NCBI RefSeq assembly: GCF_001194135.2
Contig: NC_068981.1
Location: forward strand, 171,862,984-171,926,983
DNA from: Octopus bimaculoides
Taxonomy: Eukaryota
DNA: 64,000 nucleotides
Reading direction: 5' to 3'
The notes below the pieces were generated by a model. The model did not search any database. It was not told the origin of the DNA and saw only the letters and a program-made list of their open reading frames with translations. Below, one piece after another: positions 12,640 to 24,970 of this stretch. Position 1 is the stretch's first letter, and every line of letters begins with the position of its first letter. The translations under genes were made by a program, and so were the position numbers.

Positions 12640-13903
12640 TATGTATATTCAAATGTGTGTGTGTGGGTGCATGTATGAGTGCTTGTGTGCTTATATGTTA
12701 GTGAGTGCTTGAGCGTGTGCGTACGTGTATGTGTATGAGTGTGTGTGTGTGTGTGTATGTGTGTGTGTTCGCGCGCGCGTGTGGGGCGCGCGTGGGGGTG
12801 CGCGTGCGCGTACAAAAATGAGCTAAGATGAAATAACCCAGAGTATCCGGTGACATAAATATAAACAATAAACTCGAATAAAGATATACCAAAATAACAT
12901 ATAAGAAATATTCTTCATTTAGTGGAATTTTCTTCCCTTCGAGAGAAGAAGAAGCAAACACCTTATGGCCATTTCTGTCAGCTTGAAATGAGTTGACAAC
13001 AATGGTCATAAGAAATGTCAAGAATCAACGATGTCCCGAAATTGACATGCCATCGAGTGAGAGCGTCAGATTCCCTCTGCCCGCTTTCACTAACAAGTCA
13101 TTGCTTGACATGATGTTATATGAAATCGAACTTGGAACCTCTTGCCTACGAAGCGAACTTTACAATTTCCAGAAAGGGCTTCTATAGGATTACGTATCTT
13201 TGGCATTCGTCAGTAAAATTCTGTGAAAATTTAGTAAAGTGTAACGTGGTATAGCAAGCTGTGATGAAACGGATTCCAATACCGTGTATTAAAGTATAGC
13301 AAAGCGTACATTTAATGTACAAATGCATACGTGTGCTTGTAGTACAGTGTACATTTAAGCTTTGGTTCAAAGTCGAGTCTTGATAAAGGTGCATACTTTA
13401 CTAATTGTTTTCAATACAGATGCAGGCACAGAATAATTTCTATCGTTGCTTACTATACAGTATAATACAGAACTTAGGTTGTTCCAACAATTCCTAATAT
13501 CTAAGAGCGGTCTATGGCAGAAATTTTAGAACGCCTAACAAAAGATATTGCGGCATTTAATTGTATCCCTTTATATTCTTCTTTCGTAAAATACATATCA
13601 ATCAAGCATTGCAATCGATTTAATCGATTGTGAACGCTCCCAATTTTGCTAATATTACAAATCAATATTTCCAAACTGCAAGCAGAAATTAGATTATTTT
13701 CCAAGACCACAACTTGATACAATAAATTATTCTATGATAACGATTCGAAAAATTCTTTCTTTCTTTTGTAATAGTCTCCTTATTCCTGTTGGCACCGTGT
13801 GAAAGTGGAATGATTTGCTAGATTAATTTTGCTCCTATTGTTAGAAATGTCACATTCTTTATTGTTCCTGTTATAATTCATTATTATTTTTATTCTGGTT
13901 GTT

Positions 13904-14120
13904 AGGGCGACGAGCTGGCAAAGTCGTAAGCATCCCGGGTAAAATGCTTAGCGGTATTTCATCCGTTTTTAAGTTCTAAGTTCATTCAAATTCCGCCGAG
14001 GTCAATTTTCCATTCATACTTTCGCGGTCGGTAAAATAAATCCAAATGAACACTGGGATCGATATAATCGACTTTCTCACATCCTGAAAAATGTTCAGAC
14101 CTTGTGCCTATAACAGAAAG
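13904..14120 (+). mobile_element. SINE family A
   Basis: ggcgacgagctggca...aaaatgcttagcggtatttc...caaattccgccgaggtc...gatcgatataatcgac. Confidence 0.88.
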
Positions 14121-14147
14121 CACTATTATCGTTGTTGTTGTTGTTAA

Positions 14148-14484
14148 GTGAAGGCGCATGGCTCAGTGGTTAGAGCGTCGAGCTTACGGTCGTGAGGTTG
14201 TAAGTTTGAATCCCGGACCGGGCTGCGTGTTGTGTTCTTGAGCAAGACACTTTATTTCACGTTGCTCCAGTTCACTCAGCTGTAGAAATGAGTTGCGACG
14301 TCACAGTTGCCAAGCTGTACCGGCCTTTGCCTTTCCCTTGGATAACATCAGTGGCATGGAGAGGGGAGGCTGGTATGCATGGGCGACTGCTAGTCTTCCA
14401 TAAACACCATTGCACGGACTTGTGCCTGGGAGGGTAACTTCCTAGGTGCAATCCCCATGGTCAGTCATGACCGAAGGGAATCTC
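14148..14484 (+). mobile_element. Full-length tRNA-derived SINE, family C, with CORE-like centre
   Basis: A box tggctcagtggtt, B box gtttgaatccc, central ttcttgagcaagacactttatttcacgttgctccagttcactcagctgtagaaatgagt. Confidence 0.85.
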
Positions 14485-14504
14485 CATGTTGTTGTTAGAA
14501 CAGC

Positions 14505-14690
14505 AAACCAACAGAACCGTTAGAACATTGGACAAAAAACTCAGTGGCATTTCGTTTTGTTTTTTTACGTTCTGAATTCAAATTCCGCCGAGGTCAGCTT
14601 AGCGAATCATCCTTTCAGGATCGACAAGTGAAGTACCAGTGAAACACTGGGGTCGATGTAATCGACTAGTCTCCTCCCTAAAATTTCAGG
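14505..14690 (+). mobile_element. SINE family A (degenerate)
   Basis: ttctgaattcaaattccgccgaggtc...ctggggtcgatgtaatcgact. Confidence 0.8.
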
Positions 14691-14691
14691 A

Positions 14692-14732
<41 letters not shown>

Positions 14733-15314
14733 NNNNNNNNNNNNNNNNNNNNNNNNNNNNNNNNNNNNNNNNNNNNNNNNACAACTTTTGAAAACAGTTA
14801 TTTTTTTCCGCGTGGTGATCCACATCTAACGTTTATGTGTTCCAGGTAGCCTTTGCAAAGAAATTTTTCACTCACATTGCTACCATTAAAAGTTACAGTA
14901 TTGTTTTCGTACGTTAAAATACGTGTGTATAAAAATGCTGTTGTTAATACTGTGTCTTTAGAATTGTTCACATTCATGTTATTGTTTATAGAAATGTCCT
15001 TATTATTTTGTTTTAAATAGTATTGGATTTGCTCAAAATATACTATTTTTTTGTTTAAACAAGTTGAATTTACATTCACTTTATTTTTTTTTAGGTTTAA
15101 GTGGACATTCTGCATAGTTATTTTGCGTCTGGGCGTTGACACCTTTATTTCATTTGAACCCCTATATGCAGATTCCTAGCTTGTTCATTAGAATGCACGA
15201 AAAAAAATTCTTTGCACGAAAATATATTCAAGATCTTACTTATCTGTGAAGCTTAATTTAGTAAAATCCAGAACTCTGAAAAGTGATATGAAAAGCAAGA
15301 CCAAACAAGTTATC

Positions 15315-15357
<43 letters not shown>

Positions 15358-15364
15358 CATCATC

Positions 15365-15505
15365 ATTTCTACTGAAGGCACATGGTCTGAAATTTATCAA
15401 TCCCGAAAGTCAATTTCGGAAAAATTTGAACCCAGAACGTCAACTTGGAAGAAATACTGCGAAGCATTTTTCCTGATGCACTAACACTGCCAGATCTCCG
15501 CCTTC
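15365..15505 (-). mobile_element. SINE family A remnant
   Basis: Reverse-complement blocks aaatttgaacccagaacgt...gaagcattttt...ctgccagatctccgcctt. Confidence 0.65.
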
Positions 15506-15514
15506 ATTCAATAA

Positions 15515-16012
15515 GGATTCTAAATCCAATGTGACTCTCTAATCGATGCACGGCGACCAGACATCGTTGTGGTGGATAAAGGAATAAAAGGAAACCAAGA
15601 TCATAGATATTGCCATATCTGGGGATGTACGCGTAGATGACAAATAGCTGGAAAAGATGGAGAAATACAGACTACTGAAAGACGAAATTGCAAGAATGTG
15701 AGCAATGAAGAGAGTAAGTGTTAGATAACACTAACAACCAGGTTCGATAAATACGTCGGAATAATTGGAATTGATACGAGGGCAGAGCTGGTTGAAAATA
15801 CTGCTCTATTGGGGACAGGTAAGATTTTGAGATTGATGCTTGCTTAGGTGTTGAGTGGCTTCCACTGATAAGTTATCATCCAGGTACCAAAGCTTATAAT
15901 TTCCGGAAAGAGAACCTGTGAGACCTCTGGCAACAAGTTGCGGTCCGCTCTCACAGAATCAACCAGAGCAAATAAGACTGGGAGCTCTGAGAAGTAAAAT
16001 ATTAATAATAAC
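15515..16012 (+). mobile_element. R4/Dong-like LINE 3' end (restriction-like endonuclease pseudogene plus 3' UTR)
   Basis: IQCDSLIDARRPDIVVVDK...IIDIAISGD...EKMEKY..LKDEIARM...TALLGTGKILR; ends in short taataa tail. Confidence 0.85.
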
Positions 16013-16354
16013 TAGTGGGACCCGTGGAGATTCCATGGAATGGAAAAAATTATGAGGACCTATTTAAGAAAGAAAGGACGGTATGCATTTTTATTGCATT
16101 CATAGTTTAGCTTTCTTTAAATATTCTTGACGTTCGTCTACATTCATTTCCTCTGGTCTCCGTCGCTGTTGTCTTTTTCCTTCTTTTTATGATATTTTCT
16201 CGCTGTCCCTCTCTGATCCGTGCTCTGTATCTGCGCATCCTTTCTTGGACAGCTTGCAAACGTGTTTCTTGTGAAACCAGAGTTTAGACTAAATTAACCC
16301 TTATCAACAGATAGCAATTCTTTAAGCGAGCAGGTGATAAATAATTGCACTTAT

Positions 16355-17125
16355 GCGCAACTTATTCTTCGAGCACCTTCCGGAGTATTCAAGCGGTTCC
16401 AAGCAGTGCTGTTTTCTGCAACTGCTCCACCCTTATTGCAGCCCCTATTTGTTCCATGTACTTCTCGGGATTTTTGCTCACTGTTCCCAGGGCTCCGACA
16501 ATTATTGGTACTACTGCTACCTTTTTCATCGACCACAACTGCTTAACTTCCCAAGCTAACCTGTCATATCTCTCGACTTTTTTTTTCTTCCTTATCGCAT
16601 GCCTTGTTGTCAGGTGGGCATGCTATATCTATGATCCAGCATAGTTTGTTTTCTTTCTCAATTAAGACTATGGATTCCTATTCTCTATCTCATGGTCGCA
16701 CTGAGTCATAAAATCCCATAGGATCTTTGCATTTCTATTTTTGACAATGACTTTAGGTTTGTGGTCGTACCAATGTTTTGCTTTGTCAAGTCCATACTTG
16801 TTGCAAAGTGTCCAATGGACAAGCCTGGCTATATTGTCGTAGCGTCTCTTATATTCCTTCTGGGCTAGTGGCGTACATTGGCTGGTAATATGCCATACGG
16901 CTTCACCGTTTTATCCACAGATTCTGCACTTATCACTTCTGCTGTGTTGTCTATTCTGTATTTTATGTAGTTTGTTCTTAGTGCTTGCTCTTAGGCAGCA
17001 CAGATTAGAGCCTCCGTTTCCGGTTTTAAATCACTTTTAGTCATCCACAGCCGTCTTTTTTTCTGTCTGTCTTATCTTCAACATCCTTATGAAATTGACC
17101 ATGCATTCTTTTCTTTACCCACCTA
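16355..17125 (-). mobile_element. R4/Dong-like LINE fragment: CCHC knuckle plus restriction-like endonuclease
   Basis: MHGQF...DLKPETEALICAA*EQALRTNY...CRICG..GE...HITSQC..LAQKEYKRR...ILWDF...WIIDIACP...VVPIIVGALG...LQKTALLGTA.ILRKVLE. Confidence 0.93.
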
Positions 17126-17300
17126 TTTTCAGTTTCATTCGTTTTAAATTTCTTGTATAGTGCATTATCTTTGCAATCTTTCATCCTACACAAGGCTGAC
17201 CTTCTTACTTCTAATAATAGCGGTTCTGTGGCATTTTTTTACATACCATGTTATGTTTATTTTCTTCTGCTGTGTTCGCATCCAATAAGTCCTCCTCCCC

Positions 17301-17496
<196 letters not shown>

Positions 17497-17497
17497 A

Positions 17498-17632
17498 TCA
17501 GAGGATTCATAAAACAAGAACTGAACAAACTCACTGAAAAACTACCTGGTAATATCAACATTCACAAGCTCTGAAAGATCAACATCCTAGGAAGAGCTCA
17601 CATACTCAGGAAGGCGCTCTCTACTACATAAT
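17498..17632 (+). mobile_element. Short R4/Dong-like LINE C-terminal fragment
   Basis: GFIKQELNKLTEKLPGNINIHKL*KINILGRAHILRKALS matches the R4/Dong ORF end. Confidence 0.7.
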
Positions 17633-17759
17633 AACAATGCACACTTTGGCGCCCTAGGACCATGGATTGGATCCTAGATCTATCAGGAAGGAACAGCAAC
17701 AGAAATCAGTAAATAACAACAATAACAGTAGGTCACAGAAAACGAGAAAGCAACCATAC

Positions 17760-18215
17760 TCTGGGATATGCCAATACACACAGATAGAGAAATTAAGGCA
17801 AATAGACCAGATATAGTTGTCAAAGATCATGAAGAAAAAAAATGCTTTCTAATTGATGTATCAATACCAGCAGATGACAACGTTTCTCTAAAAGAAATGG
17901 AAAAACTTTCAAAATACAAAGACCTGGAAATAGAGATAACTCGAATGTGGAATCTAAAAACAGAAACAATTCCTATCATAGTAGGTGCCTTAGGTATAAT
18001 AAAAAAATATTCAGACAAATACATAACAAAAATAGCAGGACTTACAAATATATATAACATACAGAAAATTGCACTACTGGGTACTGCACACATTCTACGC
18101 AAAACACTTTCAATGCAGTAAACATAAGAGCACCACAGCAAACCACAGCACATACCCAAGGCGCACAGAGCTGCGCTCGGTAGTGAAGTGAAAGCACGTT
18201 ATAAAAATAAAACTA

Positions 18216-18277
<62 letters not shown>
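17760..18277 (+). mobile_element. R4/Dong-like LINE 3' end with uninterrupted RLE frame, 3' UTR and (TAA)n tail
   Basis: LWDMPIHTDREIKANRPDIVVKD...FLIDVSIP...KLSKYKDLEIE...IVGALG...IQKIALLGTAHILRKTLS*, UTR hairpin gcgcacagagctgcgc, about 19 TAA units. Confidence 0.93.
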
Positions 18278-18278
<1 letters not shown>

Positions 18279-18571
18279 GAGATCACAAATCGGTGTTTCT
18301 CTATTTTCGTTTGAAATGCAACGTAACAGAAAATTATCCCGATACAAAACAAAAATCGTTTACAGAAGGTAGTGAGAGAAAAGTGATTGATGTAGGCTGG
18401 GTGCTTAGCAAATAAGTGAGCAAGAACTTCAAAGAGTCACCTAACGGCTTAAATGGCTTAAATTTGCCAATATATATCGAACGAGGTCAATAATAGGGAA
18501 ATTTGACGTCATTATTGACGTAGCAGAAGTTTACGTAAACCACAAAGAGTTGAAATAGCTAGGTAAATCTG

Positions 18572-18609
<38 letters not shown>

Positions 18610-19084
18610 NNNNNNNNNNNNNNNNNNNNNNNNNNNNNNNNNNNNNNNNNNNNNNNNNNNNNNNNNNNNNNNNNNNNNNNNNNNNNNNNNNNNNNNNNNN
18701 NNNNNNNNNNNNNNNNNNNNNNNNNNNNNNNNNNNNNNNNNNNNNNNNNNNNNNNNNNNNNNNNNNNNNNNNNNNNNNNNNNNNNNNNNNNNNNNNNNNN
18801 NNNNNNNNNNNNNNNNNNNNNNNNNNNNNNNNNNNNNNNNNNNNNNNNNNNNNNNNNNNNNNNNNNNNNNNNNNNNNNNNNNNNNNNNNNNNNNNNNNNN
18901 NNNNNNNNNNNNNNNNNNNNNNNNNNNNNNNNNNNNNNNNNNNNNNNNNNNNNNNNNNNNNNNNNNNNNNNNNNNNNNNNNNNNNNNNNNNNNNNNNNNN
19001 NNNNNNNNNNNNNNNNNNNNNNNNNNNNNNNNNNNNNNNNNNNNNNNNNNNNNNNNNNNNNNNNNATATATATATATGTATGTA

Positions 19085-19295
19085 TGTGTGTGTTTGTGTG
19101 TCTGTGTTTGTCCCCCCACCATCGCTTGACAACCGATGCTGGTGTGTTTAGGTCCCCGTAACTTAGCGGTTCGGCAAAAAGAAACCGATAGAATAAGTAC
19201 TAGGCTTACAAAGAATAAGTCCTGGGGTCGATTTTCTCGACTAAAGGTGGTGCTCCAGCATGGCCGCAGTCAAATGACTGAAACAAGTAAAAGAG
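19085..19295 (+). mobile_element. SINE family B 3' half
   Basis: ccaccatcgcttgacaaccgatgctgg...gcggttcggcaaaa...ctccagcatggccgcagtcaaatgactgaaacaagtaaaagag. Confidence 0.9.
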
Positions 19296-19805
19296 ATATA
19301 TATATATGCATATCATTTCCTGGCCTAATGTATTACATATCAATATATACATACATGTGTGTATATATACACACATATATACATATGCATTTATTAAAAA
19401 TCGCTAAGTTCTAGGTGCTACGTGCTTACTTGGTAATTTCAATACCAACTGAAACATTTATCCCCTTTCTTACTAGTGAGAAACTATGAATCGATGTCAG
19501 AAGTTTTGTTGATTTTGTCGAGCAGACCTATGATTAAAAAGAAAAGAAGTCCATTCGTAGCCATACTTTTCTTTCAGACGTAGTGTATCATGGACTACGT
19601 CATATAATGTGTTCTTTGTTTTAAAGACGCCGGGTTATGATTTGACCGCTATTTCATTGTTATATATTACAAATTGAGTGACAAGGCTGACGCACAGCAG
19701 ATTATTCCATCCAGTTTATAGTATTTGAACTCACGATGGATCCTCTGTGCAGTCGACAGGTATGCTAGAAACTATAACCATCAATGAAGAACAACAACCT
19801 CAACA

Positions 19806-19964
19806 ATGGCGTGGCTGTGTGGCAAGAGATTTGCTCCCCAGCCACGTAGCTCCGAGTTCAGTCCCACTGCATGGCACCTTGGCCAAATGTCTTCTACTAT
19901 AACCCCGAGTCGACTAAAGCCTTATGAGTGGATTTGGTGGACGGAAACTGAAAGAAGCCCGTTG

Positions 19965-20038
<74 letters not shown>

Positions 20039-20250
20039 TGTATGTCTTTGTGTGTCCTCTGCCACCGCTTGACAACCGCTGTTGGTATGTTTATGTCATT
20101 GTAATTTAGCGGTTCGGCAAAAGAGACCGATAGAATAAGTACCAGGCTTAATAAAAAGTAAATACTAAGGTCGATTCATTTGACTAAAAGTTCTTCAAGG
20201 CGGTGCCCCAGCATGGTGATCAGTTTAATGCCTGAAGTATATAAAAAAAA
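19806..20250 (+). mobile_element. Full-length SINE family B with internal (TG)n
   Basis: atggcgtggctgtgtgg (A box), gagttcagtccc (B box), internal microsatellite, conserved 3' half. Confidence 0.9.
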
Positions 20251-20257
20251 AAGATAA

Positions 20258-20645
20258 GAAGCTTTCTCCCCAACCACTGTATGCTACCTTGAGCAAGTAT
20301 CTTCTGCTATAGCCTCGGATCGACCAAAGCCTTATGAGTGGATTTGCTAAACGGAAACTGAAAAAAGACCGTCGTGTGTGTGTGTGTATGTATATGTATA
20401 TGTATTTATGTATGTATTATATGCATCTAGGTGTGTGTTTGTGTTTGTTCCCCACCATCGCTTGAGAACCGATTTTGGTATGTTTACGTCCCTGTAACAT
20501 AGAGGTTCGGCAAAAGAGACCGATAGAATAAGGTCTAGGCTTACAAAGATTAAGTCCTGGGGTCAATTTGTTCGACTGAAACTTTTTAAGGCGGTGCTCC
20601 AGCATGGCCGCATTCGAATGACTGGACTGAAACAAATAACAGAGT
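20258..20645 (+). mobile_element. SINE family B, directly after the previous copy
   Basis: Same 5' and 3' halves with internal (TG)/(TATG) tract. Confidence 0.88.
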
Positions 20646-21189
20646 AACAGAGCAACAAGAAAGACATCATAAAGAAGCTGAGAAAATCCAATTTTTCCAT
20701 CTTAAACAACAACAACAACAACACAAAAGTGAACGACAAAAAATATAATTCCCTTACAACAACAACACGAACCTGAGTAACAACAAGAGCACAAAAAATA
20801 ATTACACTAAAAAATAGTATCAATAACAATCAAACAACGACACAAACAACTGCACAAAATAAATCAACAACAATTTTTAAATATTACATGAGTAACAACC
20901 GCAACAATTTGAACCAATAGTAATACAAATAATAATTTCACGATAAAAACTTCTTAATTCCATCCGATAAATTCAAACACACGCTTCATTGATTTCAATG
21001 CCCATCCTATTAGAGCGAAGGAAAATAATTTTTCACATTCGTAGTAAAATATATGACAAAGTAATTGATTACATCGCATTAATTTTTAACAATTAATATG
21101 TAACCTTAGTTTTAATTATGAAGTGAAGGGATCCGAGTTGTTCATTAAAGTCGAAAATCATATGTAAATATGTACATCAATGTCAAAAA

Positions 21190-21460
21190 TCGCATTGAAA
21201 TGTTAATATTACATTCTCAGCTGGAGCTAGAATCACGAAGACATGTTGTCGAAAAGTTCATACAGCAAAATTACTAAAATTATTAATGTTAAATTTCTGA
21301 ACGAGGTATAAACTTTTTCGAGATCAGTGAATTTTCGTCACTAGAAAAAGGATATATGTATTAGCATTGAGAGCCCTTCGCATCGAAGATCGGTGATTGT
21401 CGTACGCTGACGAAGGGTAAATACCCAGAAACCCGGGTCCTTGCGTATCACGTCAGATCG
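21190..21460 (+). mobile_element. Probable Penelope-like element 3' end
   Basis: RIEMLILHSQLELESRRHVVEKFIQQNY* resembles a GIY-YIG C-terminus and is followed by a hammerhead-like motif. Confidence 0.5.
21393..21451 (+). ncRNA. Minimal type-I hammerhead ribozyme-like motif
   Basis: CTGACGA-a-GGGT-aaat-ACCC-a-GAAAC-ccgg-GTC: both core boxes, 4-bp stem II, 2-bp stem III with palindromic loop, imperfect stem I. Confidence 0.65.
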
Positions 21461-21899
21461 ACGATGGGAAGGATGACTCCCTTTGCAAATACCGACAGGG
21501 CACAGAAAGTGTGTCAATAGCCAGCTGGAGGAGATGTTCTCCTGGGGCTAAATGCTACAGTAGCATTCACCCTTAGGGTTTAGCCGCATTTAAGTGGCAA
21601 ATATACTTTACTAAAATTATTGTTTATTCAAAATGATATTCTTCCTTCAATTATTTTGTGATAGCTATTATTTTTATTTTATTTGTTACAATAAACTGCA
21701 TTTGCGTTATATATATATTATTTTGATGTTAACCGGAAGTGATAAAGAAGTGAGGAGAATCAGAGGGGTTACCTTTTTGGGTTTGCTGTACAAGCCTGCT
21801 TAATCTTAGGAGCTTAGATGCGGGGATGGAAAACGCAAGGGCTTCCCTCGAGAAACCCGTTTTAGCTACGCCATTATTATGCCTAAACTACAAAAGAGA

Positions 21900-22180
21900 T
21901 GGTAACTGCTAAAATTCCTATAATTATAGATCTCTTTAATCAAGGCTGACCTAGTGGTAAAAAACAGCATATCGGGAACGTGAGATGCTCTTTGTAATGA
22001 GTCGACCTGCTCAAAATGGCATCCGAATCTTTTTTCAGTTCACATTCCACCGTCATAAAAATGGAAAAATACATAATCTTACTCATCACTACCTCACGAC
22101 AGGATCGTCACGGATGGAATATACTTGATCTCAAGATCTGTTTGCACAGAATTGACCTGGGGTTAGACAAAACTAACAAC
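21900..22180. mobile_element. Degenerate dispersed repeat, family E
   Basis: gtcacggatggaat...ttgacctggggttagac similar to 47340-47465. Confidence 0.5.
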
Positions 22181-22857
22181 TACTTAATCTACAAGAGCCA
22201 TAATTATACTTGAAATATGGTTATTAATTATTTTCCTTCTTTTTAAAATTTACTTTCTCTCTAAATCGGATATTAATAAATTAAAATGACAAAAATGGAA
22301 ATCTATGAAATAGATGTCAGAAAATATATTTAATTAAGAAAGAGAATATGGCGGAAAGATAAAACAAACGAGAAATTATTTTTATTTTAATTCAAGAGTT
22401 TAATTCTATTTTTAGTATTCTCTCAAATACAGATTCACTTCTAATTTGAATTTAATTAATTTTTCCAAACATTATATTTAAAATACAATTGATTTTTCGT
22501 GAAGGTGTTGGTGCCGGCGATTCGAAGATAATTTCGTGACGGGTAGTGTCCGAATGTAGCTTCGATTTCAGATTTTAATCTTTCACTTCATTTCAAAGAG
22601 GACAAACTTCAGATCTTCTCATTTATAATGATAAACGCTTTTAGACACAAGTACCATACTTTGCGTCTCCGTGATTAGTACTTAGTGACAGACCGAAGCG
22701 GATCGACCTGTAATCATATGAAACTGCAGGTTTTATGTCAAAGTATCCCTGTCTGAGAAGGATGCTGTGACAACAGCTAATGTTGCCACCTTCACGATTA
22801 ATGTTGCTAATCTCGCCACCTTCACGATTAATAAATAATAATTCTTTCGACTCTAGA

Positions 22858-23062
22858 AACAAAACCTGAAATTGAGAGGGAGTGTGATGGTAGTGGTGGG
22901 CTAATCGATTACATAGACACTAGTGCTCAACTGGTATTTAATCTATTGACCGGAAAGGATGAAAGGTAAATTCGCCTTCAGCAGAACTTAAAGCTCAGAA
23001 TGTAAAAATGGACGAAATGCTGCTAAGCACTTTGCCCTGCGAGCCAACATTTCTGCAAGCTT
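22858..23062 (-). mobile_element. SINE family A
   Basis: Reverse-complement blocks aatcgattacatagac, aaaggatgaaagg, ctcagaatgtaaaaa, gctaagca. Confidence 0.75.
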
Positions 23063-23399
23063 TTTTTAATCTCCATTTAAATATGTATTTAGGTAATACC
23101 CTTATTACCAAAAGTTGCCATGTTTTTGTAGTAGCCCAACTTGAGGTACGAACTCACAATCCAGAGATTAAGAGTCTTACCTTTACTGACTGAGCTAGCT
23201 AAACCTGTAAACTCTAACCAAGGCCTTCACCGACTACCGCATGTGAAGTCTGTGGTCAATTGTTTCACGCCATCAGAGGCAACGATATAAAGAAGGAGGA
23301 CAGACGAAGAAAAAAGTACTCAGAAACGAGGAGCCGAGGATGGCGATGTGATTAAAGAGTTTGTTTTGCAGGATTGTCGTTTCAGGGTCAATCTCACTG

Positions 23400-23550
23400 T
23401 TAGATACCTTGGAGATACAATCCTTAGCGGCATTTCTTCCGGCTCTGTAAGTTCTACGCTCAAATCTCACGAAGGTCAACTTTCATCCTTTCGGGAGCGA
23501 TGTAATCGACTATCTCTCGCTCCCTCCCAAAATTTCAGGTTTTGTACATA
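23400..23550 (+). mobile_element. SINE family A (degenerate, internally deleted)
   Basis: cttagcggcatttc...ttcatcctttcggg...gatgtaatcgact...caaaatttcagg. Confidence 0.7.
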
Positions 23551-23807
23551 TATTACAAACGACCTGTATTTTGCATCCTGTAAAACATAAATAAAAGAAC
23601 GAGAGTATACAGAACATTTTTGGTGACGAGATTTAGCGGTTCAACCAGCAGGTCGTATAAACTGTATATATCTGACAAGTGAAAGTTGTTAGCTATGTAG
23701 TATGATATGTTTAACAGTTCCTGATACTTATGATTGGGCTATAAGTATTTTTGGAGTATTTTGAAAAATATACTGCTTTTGTTGCGGAGACTTGACTGTT
23801 CCTATGT

Positions 23808-23847
<40 letters not shown>

Positions 23848-24867
23848 ATACATACACACACGCATAAATATATATTGATGTAAATATATTATTTAAAACT
23901 TTATCTTACATGATATAAGATGTTTCACTGCTCGAAAGAATTATTCGAAATATGAATAAACAGTAAACATGTAGTTTTTAATCAATTAGATATTTGAAGA
24001 AGATAGAAGAAAGCTAAAAGCATTCATCAGAAAAGAGAAGTCGATTAGAAAGATAGAGTGGGTGGTATTTGGATTGTCACGGAGTCTACTGAGGGACTAA
24101 CTTGCATCAGAAGGATGCTGTAAGCGAGAGAATAGAAAACAAAGGAAAGTGGTAGAGGCAAATCCCAAGGAAGTGTGGCTAGTGATACGTAAGAAAAGGT
24201 TATTAACAATATTGTTTGTACGTTCGGCAAGCTAAGTACATACAGTTGAATCCGTACAATTAGTTTGAAATTGAAATTAATTCGATTTGCAGCTAAGAGT
24301 CGCAATAAGCTAAAGGTTGTTTTTCATATTTAAATATACCAGAACGAAAAATCTCAGTTGGACATTAATGTCGACATTTAAATAGTTAACGATTATTTGT
24401 ATTAAGAAATGTATGGAGTTAACATTAACTATGGCAACAAAAGATAATATAGCTAAAGTTAACGAAGTAAAGTTAGGAAATAGAATTATTATAAATATAT
24501 TTTTTTTAGCTATGTCTAAAGTTCTCGTGGAATTAACGGAACAGAATTCAGTTAGTATTAAATTACAAATAATTAAATAAATAAATACCTATTTTATTCA
24601 CAACAAAGCGTAATTCAGAGCAGTAATAGATTTAAATGTGTGCTTATGATTGGCAAATGAAGTCGAGTAGGTCTTCTTCAAGGAGTGGTTAGCAAGCTGG
24701 GAAACGGTGATTCCTTCCTTTTTCCCACCTCATCAGTAGCATAGAAAAGATGTTTACGTTCTTATATTACCCATAATTTTTACGAAATATTTAGATAAAC
24801 AAACGCAAATACATAAGCGCAAATTATTGTTGTTAATGTTATACTTCGATGTGCTACTGATATACAC

Positions 24868-24923
<56 letters not shown>

Positions 24924-24970
24924 GAGGAGGAGGAGGAGGAGGAGGAGGAGGAGGAGGAGGAGGAGGAGGA
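24868..24970. repeat. (AGT)n-(GGA)n compound microsatellite
   Basis: Direct reading. Confidence 0.97.

Noticed and set aside
14148-14220. tRNA-like sequence with A and B boxes
   Set aside because: It is the head of a SINE continuing into a CORE-like body; no complete cloverleaf acceptor stem
22776-22835. Two-copy 30-bp tandem repeat
   Set aside because: Ordinary slippage duplication; not CRISPR-like (no spacers, eukaryotic context)
24690-24745. Minus-strand CTGATGA-GGTG...CACC
   Set aside because: Followed by GTTTC rather than GAAAC, so the second core box is absent
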